Shown here: in pieces, positions 1 through 10,169 of the stretch
How positions within the stretch are numbered: position 1 is the first letter of the stretch
Layout of the letters: each line of letters starts with the position of its first letter
NCBI GenBank assembly: GCA_963704885.1
Contig: CAVPIB010000004.1
Coordinates: 736,001-800,000, forward strand
DNA length: 64,000 bases
Direction: 5' to 3'
Origin: an uncultured Actinomycetes bacterium
GTDB lineage: Bacteria > Actinomycetota > UBA4738 > HRBIN12
Made by a program: the position numbers and the translations under genes
Notes under the pieces: generated by a model
Told to the model about the DNA's origin: nothing
Seen by the model: the letters and a program-made list of their open reading frames with translations, nothing else
Database searches by the model: none

Positions 1-101
1 AACTCGGCCCCGAGCGTGCGGAGCGCGGCGTTCAGCGCGCGAGCATAGACCGTGTCGTCGTAGATCACGCCGCCGATGTCGAAGAACACCATCTCGAGCA
101 C
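1..101 (-). CDS. HAD-family hydrolase, 5' part only (runs off the window edge)
   Basis: Manual translation from GTG at 101: VLEMVFFDIGGVIYDDTVYARALNAALR, matching HAD motif I (DxxGxxxD). TAGCAT -10 box 6 nt upstream. Not in the ORF track. Confidence 0.75.
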   Translation of the reverse strand, partial: MLEMVFFDIGGVIYDDTVYARALNAALRTLGAE

Positions 102-124
102 GCCCCGATGCTAGCGGGCGATGC

Positions 125-973
125 TCAGCGAGGTCGTGACTGGCGACCGGCGCGACGCCGGAGCTCGGCGAATCGATCGGCGTCCGTGGTATCGCACCCC
201 ATCCGGACGGGCTCGTAGCGATGGCCGTGACAATCAGAAGCGCCCGTGGCCACCAGGTCAAGTCGATCCGCAATGGCTCGGTACCGGGCGCGCTGCGCCT
301 CGTCGTGATCCGGGTGATCGACCTCCAGTCCCACCATGCCACCCTCGGCCATGGCCTCGATCAGGTCGTCGGGCACCGACCCCTGACCCTTCCACATCCC
401 AGGGTGAGCCAGCACGCAGACCCCGCCGGCCCCACCGATCAGCGTGAGCGCGTCGAGTGGATGCAAGGCATGCTTGGGAACCCACGCGAGACCGCCGTCG
501 GCGATGAACTCCTCGGTGAACGCCGCCTTCTCGTTCGAAACGATCCCGGCCTCCACCATCGCCTGAGCAACGTGGGGACGGGCGATCGTGTCGCCGCCGG
601 CGATCTCCCGTACGCGCCCGAAGTCGATCGGGTAACCCAGCTCCTGTAGCTTCTCCACCATGAGCTCTCCACGACGGAACCTGGTGTCGGTCAACCGCTG
701 CAGCTCGGCCAGCAGGTCCTCGTTCGCCGGGTCGATCCAGTAGGCCAACACGTGGAGGCTGGCCTCCTCGTACTCGGCGGAGAACTCGATGCCGGGGATC
801 ACCACGATCCGGCCGTGAGCTGACGCCTCAGCCTCGTTCAACCCTTCCAGCGTGTCGTGATCGGTGATCGCGACGCCGGTCAGCTCAAGTTCGATGGCGA
901 GCTGTACCGCCTCCGTCGGCGTGAACGTGCCGTCGGAGCGGTTGGTGTGAACGTGGAGGTCGTATCCGGCCAT
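125..973 (-). CDS. PHP-domain phosphoesterase (TrpH/YciV-like)
   Basis: DLHVHTNRSDG, AITDHDT, LAHP and GASDCHG metal-binding motifs. Confidence 0.9.
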   Translation of the reverse strand: MAGYDLHVHTNRSDGTFTPTEAVQLAIELELTGVAITDHDTLEGLNEAEASAHGRIVVIPGIEFSAEYEEASLHVLAYWIDPANEDLLAELQRLTDTRFRRGELMVEKLQELGYPIDFGRVREIAGGDTIARPHVAQAMVEAGIVSNEKAAFTEEFIADGGLAWVPKHALHPLDALTLIGGAGGVCVLAHPGMWKGQGSVPDDLIEAMAEGGMVGLEVDHPDHDEAQRARYRAIADRLDLVATGASDCHGHRYEPVRMGCDTTDADRFAELRRRAGRQSRPR

Positions 974-1021
974 GACCGTCGATGGTGACAGATGCCGGCG
1001 AGCGCCGTCACGCCGGAGGCT

Positions 1022-2047
1022 CTAAGGAGCTGGAGTCACGAGAGCATCGGTGATCTCGGTGACCGTGCGGCATCCGGTGAGGGCCATGGCATTCTCGAAC
1101 TCCGCACGCAGCAGATCGAGCACATGTGACACGCCCGCCTGCCCGTCGACCGCGAGACCCCAGATGAGCGGCCTGGCCACCATCACCGCAGCCGCCCCGA
1201 GCGCGAGGGCTTTCAAGATGTCGGTCCCCCGCCGCACGCCGCCGTCGACCAGTACAGGAACGCGGCCGGCCACGGCGTCCACCACCTCGGGCAGCGCCGT
1301 GATACCGGCGGGCGCCCCATCAAGCTGTCGCCCCCCGTGGTTCGATACGACGATCCCGTCGACACCGGCCGCGACCGCGAGCTCGGCGTCCTCGGCCGTG
1401 AGGATTCCCTTGACCAGAACCCCCAGGCCGGGCGTGCGCTCACGGATCCACCCGATGTCATCCCAGGAAAGCAGTGGGTCGAAGGTGAGCGACGACTTCG
1501 GCATGCCGATCGGCAGCTTGAAGCCGTTCCGCGTGTCGCGGTGCCGCAGACCCATCACGGGGAAATCGACGGTCAGACAGACCGCGCCGTAGCCGGCGGC
1601 CACGACCCTGCTCAGCATCTCCGACGTGATCTTTCGATCCTCGAAGACGTAGAGCTGCCACCACTTCGGTCCGGCGGACGCCTCGGCGACATCCTCCAGG
1701 AACTCGATCGCGGTGGACGACACCACCATGGTGGTGCCGGCGGCGGCGGCGGCCCTGGCCGTGGCGAGCTCACCGTCCGGGTGAGCCAGCCCCTGGTACG
1801 CCCACGGCGCCACCAGAACCGGGAACGAGATAGGCACCCCGAGGATGCTCGTGGAGGGATCCGGTCTGCCCGCCCCGCGCAGGTAGCGCGGCCGGAGCCT
1901 CCAACGATCGAACGCATGGCGGTTCTCCGCGAGCGTCCACTCATCGCCTGCGCCGCCCGCGTAGAAGTCGTACACGTCGCCTGGGAGATGCTCTCGCGCG
2001 ATCGGCTCGTAGTCGTCGACAGTCACGATCTGCCGGGTATCGTCCAC
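1022..2047 (-). CDS. FMN-dependent alpha-hydroxy-acid oxidase/dehydrogenase
   Basis: WWQLY, LVKGI, VSNHGGRQLD and DGGVRRGTDILKALALGA motifs. Confidence 0.93.
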   Translation of the reverse strand: MDDTRQIVTVDDYEPIAREHLPGDVYDFYAGGAGDEWTLAENRHAFDRWRLRPRYLRGAGRPDPSTSILGVPISFPVLVAPWAYQGLAHPDGELATARAAAAAGTTMVVSSTAIEFLEDVAEASAGPKWWQLYVFEDRKITSEMLSRVVAAGYGAVCLTVDFPVMGLRHRDTRNGFKLPIGMPKSSLTFDPLLSWDDIGWIRERTPGLGVLVKGILTAEDAELAVAAGVDGIVVSNHGGRQLDGAPAGITALPEVVDAVAGRVPVLVDGGVRRGTDILKALALGAAAVMVARPLIWGLAVDGQAGVSHVLDLLRAEFENAMALTGCRTVTEITDALVTPAP

Positions 2048-2094
2048 GGCCCGAGCCTAGCGGACCGAGGACCCACTGCTACGATGCGGCGGTC

Positions 2095-2676
2095 GTGGTG
2101 AGCTCTCCGGACGCGCGCGCCGCTGCCTTCCTGAAGGGCATCACTTACCTCCGCATCGTGCTGACGCCCGTCGTGATGGCCTTGGTGCTCATCCCCGAAA
2201 GCAGCAGGACCGTCGACTTGGCCGCGGCCGCCCTGTTCGCGATCGCTGCTGCCACGGATTTCTTCGACGGACGGCTGGCCCGGCGCTGGAAGCAGACCAC
2301 AACCCTCGGCACGTTCCTGGACACCACGGCCGACAAGCTGTTGGTGTCGGGCGTCCTGATCGCCCTGGTCTCCGTGGGGCTCGCGTCGGCGTGGGTCGCT
2401 TTCATCATCGTGGGGCGTGAGGTCGTGATCTTGGGATTGCGCGGCGCGGTCAGCGCCGCCGACGGCACCGTCGTGAAGCCGTCGATCTGGGGGAAGTTGA
2501 AAGCTAACGTTCAGTTCCTGGCGATCTTCCTGGCGATCCTTCGTGCGGGAGAGCCCATCGGTCCGCTCTACCTGGACCAGTACGTCATGCTCGCGGCGGC
2601 CGTGGTCACCCTCGGTTCGGGGGTCGAATACTTCGCCAGGTTCGGCGGGATGCTCACCCGGCGATCCGACCGGTAG
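2095..2676 (+). CDS. pgsA: CDP-alcohol phosphatidyltransferase (PgsA-like)
   Basis: TDFFDGRLARR...GTFLDTTADKLL signature, GKLKA motif, hydrophobic helices. Confidence 0.85.
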   Translation: MVSSPDARAAAFLKGITYLRIVLTPVVMALVLIPESSRTVDLAAAALFAIAAATDFFDGRLARRWKQTTTLGTFLDTTADKLLVSGVLIALVSVGLASAWVAFIIVGREVVILGLRGAVSAADGTVVKPSIWGKLKANVQFLAIFLAILRAGEPIGPLYLDQYVMLAAAVVTLGSGVEYFARFGGMLTRRSDR

Positions 2677-2680
2677 CTGC

Positions 2681-3688
2681 GTGTCGGGGCCCGCGTTCGT
2701 CACGGGGGGGAGCGGGTTCGTCGGCGGGGCGTTGCTGGCCAGGCTCATCGCGGACGGTCGTGACGTTCGGGCGCTCGCCCGGTCGGCGGAGGCCGCCGCA
2801 TCCGTGGAGGCCGCAGGCGCCCGCTCGGTCGCGGGCGATCTGTCAGACGTAGCCGCATTGCTCGAAGGTATGCGTGGCTGCGAGACCGTGTTCCACGTGG
2901 CCGGCATGAACGCGATGTGCATGCGGGACCCCGAGGCCATGCTTCGCACGAACGTGGAAGGCTCCGAGGCCGTGCTGCGCGCCGCGGCGGCGGTGGGTGC
3001 GCGGAGGCTGGTGCTGACCTCGTCGGCCACCACGATCGGCGAACCCATGGGGGTCGTCGGCCGTGAGGACACCCCGCACCGCGGAACGTTCCTCTCCGAG
3101 TACGAGCGCTCGAAGTTCCTCGCCGAGCAGCGGGTGCTCGGCCTCGCCGAGGAACTGGACGTCCAGGTGGTGTGCGTGAACCCCTCATCCGTCCAGGGTC
3201 CGGGACGGACCGGTGGTTCGGCCCGGATCCTCATCCGCTCTGTGGACGCGCGGCTCCCGTTCATCGTCAACACCCATCTGTCGATCGTTGACGTGGAAGA
3301 CTGCACGCAGGCGCACGTCTTGGCGGAGTCGCGCGGCACGTCCGGCCAAAGGTACGTGGTCAGCGGGGCGAGTCTGACGACGCGGCGAGCGGTGGAGCTG
3401 ATAAGGAGCGTCGCCGGTCGACCAAGGCGCGCGTTCCGTCTGCCCAGGAGCGCGGCGACCGCCGCGGGAGTCATCGCGTCGGGGATCTCCGCCGTGACCG
3501 GCCGCTCCGTCCCCTTCTGCCCCGAGCTCGCGCGCACGCTGCTGCATGGGCACCGCTACGACGGTTCGTTGGCGACCCGGGATCTGGGACTCTCCTACTG
3601 CCCGCTCGAGGACACCATCGAACGCACGTTGCGCTGGTACGCCGACCGGGGTGTGATCCGGCCGCTGCCCACCGGAGGCGTACCATGA
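2681..3688 (+). CDS. NAD-dependent epimerase/dehydratase (dihydroflavonol reductase/HpnA-like extended SDR)
   Basis: VTGGSGFVG Rossmann motif and YERSK catalytic motif. GTG start at 2681, just after the pgsA stop. Confidence 0.85.
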   Translation: MSGPAFVTGGSGFVGGALLARLIADGRDVRALARSAEAAASVEAAGARSVAGDLSDVAALLEGMRGCETVFHVAGMNAMCMRDPEAMLRTNVEGSEAVLRAAAAVGARRLVLTSSATTIGEPMGVVGREDTPHRGTFLSEYERSKFLAEQRVLGLAEELDVQVVCVNPSSVQGPGRTGGSARILIRSVDARLPFIVNTHLSIVDVEDCTQAHVLAESRGTSGQRYVVSGASLTTRRAVELIRSVAGRPRRAFRLPRSAATAAGVIASGISAVTGRSVPFCPELARTLLHGHRYDGSLATRDLGLSYCPLEDTIERTLRWYADRGVIRPLPTGGVP

Positions 3689-3734
3689 CGGTCCGACCGC
3701 CTTGCCCGCGACGCGTCCGACCACGGAGGGCCTT

Positions 3735-4727
3735 GTGAACGAGAGCCGACCAGACCGCAACCTCGCGCTGGAGCTGGTCCGCGTGACCGAAGCGGCGGCG
3801 CTTGCCGCCGGTCGCTGGATCGGTCACGGCGACAAGATCGCGGCCGATGGGGCCGCGGTCGACGCCATGAGACTGATGATCGACACGGTCTCGATGCACG
3901 GAACGGTCGTGATCGGCGAGGGTGAGAAGGATGAAGCGCCGATGCTCTTCAACGGTGAGGAGGTTGGCGACGGCACCGGGCCGGGGGTCGACGTTGCGGT
4001 TGACCCGATCGACGGCACGCGCCTCACCAGCCTCGGTCAGCCGAACGCCCTGGCGGTGATCGCGCTCGCCGAACGGGGCACCATGTTCTTCCCAGGCGCC
4101 GCGGTTTACATGGAGAAGGTCGCCACCGGACCCCAGGCCGCCGATGCGATCGACGTGGCCGCGCCTCCCGCGGAGAACGTCAGGCGCGTCGCCAAGGCGA
4201 AAGGTGTCGGTCCCGAGGACATCACCGTGACGATCCTCGATCGGGACCGCCACGTCGACATGATCGAGGCCGTTCGCGGGGTGGGCGCTCGCGTGTTCCT
4301 GATATCCGACGGCGACGTTGCCGGCGCCATCGCGGCCGCCACCCCACGGTCCGGGATCGACCTGCTGCTCGGGATCGGAGGCACGCCCGAAGGGGTGATC
4401 GCGGCCGCCGCATTGAAGTGTCTCGGCGGTGCCATCCAGGGCCGGCTGTGGCCGCGGGACGACCAGGAGCGCGCGACTCTGGTGGAGCAGGGCTTCGACC
4501 TGGATCGGGTCCTCGGGACGGACGATCTGGTGTCGGGGGACGAGGTCTTCTTCGCGGCCACGGGGATCACCGACGGCTCCCTCCTGCGCGGAGTGAAGTA
4601 CTGGCCCGACGGCGCAACCACGCATTCCATGGTGATGCGCTCGCATTCGGGAACCGTCCGCTACGTCGAGGCCGAGCATCAGTTCCAGAAACTCGAACGA
4701 TTCTCGGCGATCGCGTACCGCCGGTAA
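3735..4727 (+). CDS. glpX: class II fructose-1,6-bisphosphatase
   Basis: [39 protein letters not shown] and GGTPEGV motifs. GGAGG SD before the GTG. Confidence 0.96.
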   Translation: MNESRPDRNLALELVRVTEAAALAAGRWIGHGDKIAADGAAVDAMRLMIDTVSMHGTVVIGEGEKDEAPMLFNGEEVGDGTGPGVDVAVDPIDGTRLTSLGQPNALAVIALAERGTMFFPGAAVYMEKVATGPQAADAIDVAAPPAENVRRVAKAKGVGPEDITVTILDRDRHVDMIEAVRGVGARVFLISDGDVAGAIAAATPRSGIDLLLGIGGTPEGVIAAAALKCLGGAIQGRLWPRDDQERATLVEQGFDLDRVLGTDDLVSGDEVFFAATGITDGSLLRGVKYWPDGATTHSMVMRSHSGTVRYVEAEHQFQKLERFSAIAYRR

Positions 4728-4811
4728 GGGTCGCAGCGATACCTGGCAGCCGTCAGTACCGCTCCGATTCGGCTATCGTGCGCCCCGAACGACCTGAAGG
4801 AAGGAGCCAGG

Positions 4812-5069
4812 ATGGCCGAGAAGACGATCCTCGTCTGCGACACATGCGGCAAGCCCGCTGCCGAGACCGTCACCATCAAGACCTCGCGCGGGAACTTCGT
4901 GAAGGACCTCTGTCCGTCGCACGTGAACGAGCTGACCGCGGGAGCGCGCAAACCGCGCCGCGGGCGGCCTCGCGCGGTTGCAGGCACCGCTCCGAGGAAG
5001 CCCGCCGCCAAGAAGACGACACGCGCCGCGCCCAAGCGTCGCGGGCGGCCGCGGAAGAAGCCGGTCTAG
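4812..5069 (+). CDS. small basic DNA-binding protein: Lsr2-like N-terminus with CxxC/CxxH plus two AT-hooks
   Basis: The N-terminus MAEKTILVCD..AAETV....DL aligns by eye with the Lsr2 dimerisation domain. RRGRPR and KRRGRPRKK AT-hooks. AAGGAG SD. Confidence 0.7.
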   Translation: MAEKTILVCDTCGKPAAETVTIKTSRGNFVKDLCPSHVNELTAGARKPRRGRPRAVAGTAPRKPAAKKTTRAAPKRRGRPRKKPV

Positions 5070-5302
5070 CCGCTCCCCGACTCGCCTTCTGGTTCGGCGA
5101 TCGCGTATACGCCCTTCCCTGTCTTCATCACCGTGCCCGCGCGCACGCCCTCGCGCAACGCCAGCTGCACACGGCCGCGGACGTCCGTGGTAGTGAATGG
5201 GTCGATCAGGCCTTGGCGAAGGACCCTATCCAGGACCACCGTCCAGTGCAGCGGTTCGCCGGCGGTTCGCAGGACCTCTTCCACGGCGTGGGCGGGGTCC
5301 AT
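5066..5302 (-). CDS. small winged-helix protein (HARE-HTH/RpoE-delta-like)
   Basis: MDPAHAVEEVLRTAGEPLHWTVVLDRVLRQGLI...KTGKGVYAI. ATG overlaps the upstream stop (TGATG). Confidence 0.65.
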   Translation of the reverse strand: MDPAHAVEEVLRTAGEPLHWTVVLDRVLRQGLIDPFTTTDVRGRVQLALREGVRAGTVMKTGKGVYAIAEPEGESGSG

Positions 5303-6312
5303 CAGGCGTGGACATCGCCGTAGGCGATGAGCTCCTGTGCGAAGAGCTCGAGCTGTTCCGGCTCCTGGAGCGCGAACGGAAGTACCCACGGCGAGATGAC
5401 TATCTCCTCGACACCGAGCCCGGCGAAGGTCCGGACACGGTCGCGCACCTGCTCCGGCGTCCCGGACAGGGTATCCGCACGCCAGTCGTCGTGCGACTCG
5501 CCGTCCAACGCCCCGCCGGGCATGGAGGCGCGCCCACGCTCGAAGACGGCTCGAGCCGCGCTCTCATCCATGCCGATCAATCCATAGAGCCCCACAGACA
5601 GACGAAGCGTCGCCGGGTCGCGACCTACGGCCTCGCACGCCCGCCTGGCGGCCGCCACCCGCTCACCGTAGGCCTCGGGCGTCCATCTCCAGGCCGCGTT
5701 CCATCCGTCCGCGTAGCGGGCCGCCAGGTCCAGGGCACGGTCGCCGCCCTTCGCTCCCAACCACACCGGGACCTGGGGCTCCTGGATCGAGGGAGGCAGC
5801 AGCACGGCGTCGCGGAGATGGAACGGGCCCGCGTCCAACGTGACCGGCTCGGGACCTCGCAACGCGGTCAGCAACTCCAGGGCATGCTCCAACATGTCGA
5901 ACCGGTCCCCCGCCGATCCGAACGGCAGACCGAAGGCGGTGAACTCCTCCTCGAACCACCCCGCACCGATGCCCAGGTCGAACCGGCCGCCGCTGATCCT
6001 GTCGATGGTGGCGGCCATCTTGGCAAGGAGCGCGGGATGGCGGAACGGAGCCGACAGGACCAGGCTGCCCAGACGCACCCGCTCGGTCACGGCCGCGAGC
6101 CCCGCGAGGGCGGTCATCGCCTCGAGCGAGGCTATCGGTGCAGGTTCCACACCGTAACGAGAGAACGTGTAGAGGAGGTGATCGGACACCCAGAGCGAGT
6201 CGAACCCCAACGCCTCGGCACGTCGCGCGACCGCCGACATCGCGTGGAAGCTGATGGGCTCGGCGTCCGGGAGCGAGAAGCCGTAGTGAGGCAGAGCCAG
6301 CCCGAAGCGCAT
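5302..6312 (-). CDS. luciferase-like monooxygenase (LLM) family oxidoreductase, possibly F420-dependent
   Basis: AEALGFDSLWVSDH, RHPALLAKMAATIDRISGGRFDLGIGAGW and AARYADGWN motifs. Confidence 0.9.
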   Translation of the reverse strand: MRFGLALPHYGFSLPDAEPISFHAMSAVARRAEALGFDSLWVSDHLLYTFSRYGVEPAPIASLEAMTALAGLAAVTERVRLGSLVLSAPFRHPALLAKMAATIDRISGGRFDLGIGAGWFEEEFTAFGLPFGSAGDRFDMLEHALELLTALRGPEPVTLDAGPFHLRDAVLLPPSIQEPQVPVWLGAKGGDRALDLAARYADGWNAAWRWTPEAYGERVAAARRACEAVGRDPATLRLSVGLYGLIGMDESAARAVFERGRASMPGGALDGESHDDWRADTLSGTPEQVRDRVRTFAGLGVEEIVISPWVLPFALQEPEQLELFAQELIAYGDVHA

Positions 6313-6351
6313 GCGCGGAGGATACGACGCGGCGTCAGCGCGGCTCGGTCG

Positions 6352-7149
6352 CTAGGGGGCGGGAGTGGAGATGGCGTTCTGGAGGGTCACGCTGCCTTGC
6401 AGCACGATCGACCCGTCCGAGCTACGCACCTCGATCCCGGTGTACCGGGAGAGATCCAGGTTGAACCGCCGGAACGCGATCGCGCCGCCACCCGAATCGA
6501 GTGACCTGATCACGCCTACCCGGAGCATCCGGCCGCGCTCCGAGAACAGGAACACCCGGAACGGGAGCCCCTCGGCATCCGAAGGCCCGAACCCGTTCAC
6601 CATCACGATCGCCACGTCGGGTGTGGTCGACGACGCCAACGTGACGGCGGAACCGCTGGCCGTCGCTCCGCGGGTCTCAGCGGTCAGATTGGCGACGGAC
6701 ACCTGGTTGCTTGGGTCGGCGAACTCCAGCTCGGCCAAGAGCTGCTGGAACCGCTGGGCGGCATCGGCCTGTTCGTCCTTCACCTGCTCTGAGAGATCCT
6801 CGAAGCGCGCAGCCCGCCCGGCCATGACCGCCCCCCAACCCAGGCCCGAGACGGCGACCATCCCAGCCACGGCGAGCGCGACAGCTAGCCGACCACGGCG
6901 AGCCACGAGCGGCTGGCGTTTCGAAGTCACGGAGCCGACGACGTCAACGATGCGGTCCGCGAGATCCGGGCCGGGCTCCACGGGAGCGAGCGCGAACGCG
7001 AACGTCGCCGCCGCGCTCTCTAACTCGCCGGCCTCCTTCCTGCAGGCGGCGCACCAGGCGAGATGCCGATCCAACACCTGAACCTCGCTCGGCGGCACGG
7101 CGCCGAGCGCGCGCTCGGGAAGTCTGTCGCGAACCGCGACGCAGTTCAC
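6352..7149 (-). CDS. zinc-binding anti-sigma factor (zf-HC2, RskA-like) with one TM helix
   Basis: HLAWCAAC (HxxxCxxC) motif, TM segment, GTGA overlap with the sigma gene. Confidence 0.85.
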   Translation of the reverse strand: MNCVAVRDRLPERALGAVPPSEVQVLDRHLAWCAACRKEAGELESAAATFAFALAPVEPGPDLADRIVDVVGSVTSKRQPLVARRGRLAVALAVAGMVAVSGLGWGAVMAGRAARFEDLSEQVKDEQADAAQRFQQLLAELEFADPSNQVSVANLTAETRGATASGSAVTLASSTTPDVAIVMVNGFGPSDAEGLPFRVFLFSERGRMLRVGVIRSLDSGGGAIAFRRFNLDLSRYTGIEVRSSDGSIVLQGSVTLQNAISTPAP

Positions 7150-7718
7150 GACGGCTCCTTGCCTTCGTTCGCGCGACGGACCTTGATGAGAGCGGCACGC
7201 AGCCTCGTCTTCACCGTGCCCAACGGGATCCCGTCCGCCTCGGCGATCTCACGGGCGGTGAGGCCCCGGAAGTACGACCGCGCCAGCAACCGGCGTTCCG
7301 CGTCCGAGAGCGACGCGAGCGCGCGCATGGCCGCATCGCGTTCGAGCACCACCGCCTCTTCGTCGACGCCCGGGCGCTCCGGCACCTCGTCGACCAGCAC
7401 CAGCGTGGGTCGAGTCACCCCAGTTTCACGCCTGAGCCGATCGACCGCCAAGTTGTGCGCGATCGTCATGAGCCATGTAGACAGGCGACCCCGCGTGGCG
7501 TCGAACCGAGCCGCCTTGCGCCAAGCCGTGAGGAAGACGTCCTGCGTGAGCTCCTCGGCCGCCTCGCGGGTTCCGAGCAGGCGCATGCCAAGCGTGTAGA
7601 CCGGTCGTCCGAAGCGCGCATAGATCGCGCGGATGGCAACGTCGTCACCTGCCAGGAGTCCTTCCACCAATCGCTGTTCCTCTCGAGGGAGGAGCGGACC
7701 GTCGTTCCGAGCTTGCAC
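7146..7718 (-). CDS. ECF RNA polymerase sigma-70 factor (SigK-like)
   Basis: AEELTQDVFLTAW region 2, TWLMTIAHNLAVD, and IPLGTVKTRLR region 4. Confidence 0.93.
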   Translation of the reverse strand: MQARNDGPLLPREEQRLVEGLLAGDDVAIRAIYARFGRPVYTLGMRLLGTREAAEELTQDVFLTAWRKAARFDATRGRLSTWLMTIAHNLAVDRLRRETGVTRPTLVLVDEVPERPGVDEEAVVLERDAAMRALASLSDAERRLLARSYFRGLTAREIAEADGIPLGTVKTRLRAALIKVRRANEGKEPS

Positions 7719-7883
7719 CCGATGTTCCCTTCGATATACGGCGCCTGGACTCCGCGCGGCTTGCGGGCCACCGGCGCTTCGATTATCACCTGTCCACCTT
7801 CAAACATGCACGACTTCGAACCCAGGGCGTAGGCTGACGGCTATCGGCACGCGTAACAAGGGGTGGCCTTGCGGGTTGTGCGC

Positions 7884-9245
7884 ATGAGCGAGCGACGAGC
7901 TTGGATGGTCCGCTTCACCCTGGTCGCACTCGTCGTATCGCTGGGGCTGACCTCGGCCGGAACCGCACGGGGCCAGGATCTGGACACCCCCGGGATCATC
8001 GGCCTGCGCCTTGACGGCGTGGTGGATCCGTTCCTGGCCGACTACATCCGCCGCGGGGTGGGATCGGCGAACGACGAGGGCGCTCTCGCCGTGCTCATCA
8101 CGATAGACACACCCGGAGGGCTCTCCTCCTCCATGCGCGAGATGACGCAGGCCATCCTCGGCTCTCGGATCCCCGTCATCTGCTACGTGGCGCCCGAGGG
8201 AGCCCGCGCCGCATCTGCCGGGGCGTTCGTGCTGATGTCGTGCCCGGTCGCAGCCATGGCAGCCGGAACCAACGTGGGGGCGGCAACGCCGGTCGGCGTG
8301 TCGGGGGTCGTGCTGCAGCGCAAGGTCACGCAGGACGCGATCGCTTCGATCCGAAGCATGGCGGAGACCTACGACCGCAACACAGACGTCGCCGAGTCGT
8401 TCGTGCGCGATGCCACAAGCATCACGGCGGAGCAGGCACTCGCCGAGAACGTCATCGACCTGATCGAGCCGAGCGTAGATGCTCTTCTCGCCGACGTGAG
8501 CGGCACGACGGTGACGCTCGGCGATGGCTCCACCGTCGTCGTGCCCGGTCTCGAAGATGCGTCGATAGACGAACGCGCCCTGTCGCCGGGGGCCTCCTTC
8601 CTGCACGGGCTCATCGACCCGAACCTCGCCTTCATCTTCTTCTGGCTGGGCCTGGGCCTGATCATCTTGGAGCTGCTCGTACCGGGACATATCTTCTCCG
8701 GAACCATCGGCACGATCTTGCTGGTCACCGCGGTCGCGTCGTTCGGGCTCCTTCCGGTGCGACTGCTCGGGATAACCCTGCTGATCGCATCGGCAGTCTT
8801 CTTCGTGGTGGAGATCACTGCGCCCGGGCTCGGCGTCTGGTCGATCGCGGGGCTCGTCTCGTTGCTGGCTGGTGGGTTGCTGCTCTACGACGGCTCTGGG
8901 GGGGTCCATGTGTCACCCCTGGTCCTGATCTTGGTGACGGCCGGCGTCGGCCTCTTCTTCGGCCTGGCCGTCTCCAAGGTGCTCGAGATCCGACACATAC
9001 CACCGGTGCCGCACGGCGCCGATGCCCTGGTCGGTAAGGATGGGGTCGTGATCGGCGCCGGACTCGGGCCGAGCGGCGTGGTTCGGATCGCCGCCGAGGA
9101 GTGGCGGGCGACGTCGCCCGCCGGACCGCTCCCCGGAGGCACCCGGGTCCGCGTCACTGCGCTCGACGGGTTGGTGCTCACCGTCGAGCCGTTCTCGGAC
9201 GAGCACGTGTCGGCCTCCGCGCCGACGGAAGGAGCTGCTCAATGA
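7884..9245 (+). CDS. nfeD: NfeD family membrane-bound serine protease (long form)
   Basis: IDTPGG, RAASAGAF and TNVGAATP ClpP-like domain, TM region, C-terminal OB-fold (EEWRA). Confidence 0.9.
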   Translation: MSERRAWMVRFTLVALVVSLGLTSAGTARGQDLDTPGIIGLRLDGVVDPFLADYIRRGVGSANDEGALAVLITIDTPGGLSSSMREMTQAILGSRIPVICYVAPEGARAASAGAFVLMSCPVAAMAAGTNVGAATPVGVSGVVLQRKVTQDAIASIRSMAETYDRNTDVAESFVRDATSITAEQALAENVIDLIEPSVDALLADVSGTTVTLGDGSTVVVPGLEDASIDERALSPGASFLHGLIDPNLAFIFFWLGLGLIILELLVPGHIFSGTIGTILLVTAVASFGLLPVRLLGITLLIASAVFFVVEITAPGLGVWSIAGLVSLLAGGLLLYDGSGGVHVSPLVLILVTAGVGLFFGLAVSKVLEIRHIPPVPHGADALVGKDGVVIGAGLGPSGVVRIAAEEWRATSPAGPLPGGTRVRVTALDGLVLTVEPFSDEHVSASAPTEGAAQ

Positions 9246-10168
9246 ACTACGCGTTCCTGATCGGGCTCGCGGTCGTGGTGTTCATCGTGGTGGCGCTGCT
9301 CGCCTCCGCGATCCGCATCGTCCGCGAATACCAACGCCTCGTCGTGTTCCGACTGGGGCGCGTGCTCGCCACGAAGGGTCCCGGCCTCGTGATCCTGATC
9401 CCCTTCATCGACAAGGCGGTCCCCGTCGACCTCCGCGAGTTCTACCTGGAGATCCCGCAACAGACCGCCATCACCGAGGACAACGCCTCCATCTCGATCG
9501 ACTTCATCGTCTTCAACAAGGTGATGGACCCACAGCTGTCAACCTTGGCCGTCCAGAACTTCTCGGGAGCCGCGCAGAACATCGCGGCCACGACGCTCCG
9601 CTCGGTGGTGGGCGATATGTCGCTCGACGATGTGCTCGCCAAGCGCGAGCACATCAACGAGACCCTTCGCACGAAGCTTGATGAGGTCACGGAGCGGTGG
9701 GGCGTGAAGGTCACTAACGTGGAGATCCGCGAGATCATGCCGCCGCCCGCCGTACAGGAGGCGATGACCCGCCAGATGTCGGCCGAGCGGACGCGTCGCG
9801 CCGTCGTGACAGAGGCCGAGGGATCCAAGCAGGCCGCGGTCACGGTGGCCGAGGGCAACAAGGCCTCAGCCATCCTCAATGCAGAGGGCCAGAGGCAGGC
9901 CGCGATCTTGAACGCCGAGGGTGAGCGGCAGGCGGCCATCCTGCGCGCCGAGGGCTTCTCTCTGGCGCTCGACAAGATCAACGAGGTGGCCAACCTCGTG
10001 GCCACGAATACCATGAGCCTGCAGTACCTCGACACCCTGAAGCAGATCGGCTCGTCGCCGTCCTCGAAGATCGTCGTGCCCATGGAGCTAGCTGGGCTGG
10101 CGGCAGGGGTCGTGGCGCTGGCCGAACAGGCGTCGGGTGACGGGCGAGCGGAACCTGCCCAGGAGTGA
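9242..10168 (+). CDS. SPFH/stomatin (slipin/paraslipin) protein
   Basis: REYQRLVVFRLGR, TTLRSVVG, RWGVKVTNVEI and AERTRRA motifs. ATGA overlap with nfeD, the known nfeD-SPFH pairing. Confidence 0.93.
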   Translation: MNYAFLIGLAVVVFIVVALLASAIRIVREYQRLVVFRLGRVLATKGPGLVILIPFIDKAVPVDLREFYLEIPQQTAITEDNASISIDFIVFNKVMDPQLSTLAVQNFSGAAQNIAATTLRSVVGDMSLDDVLAKREHINETLRTKLDEVTERWGVKVTNVEIREIMPPPAVQEAMTRQMSAERTRRAVVTEAEGSKQAAVTVAEGNKASAILNAEGQRQAAILNAEGERQAAILRAEGFSLALDKINEVANLVATNTMSLQYLDTLKQIGSSPSSKIVVPMELAGLAAGVVALAEQASGDGRAEPAQE

Positions 10169-10169
10169 C

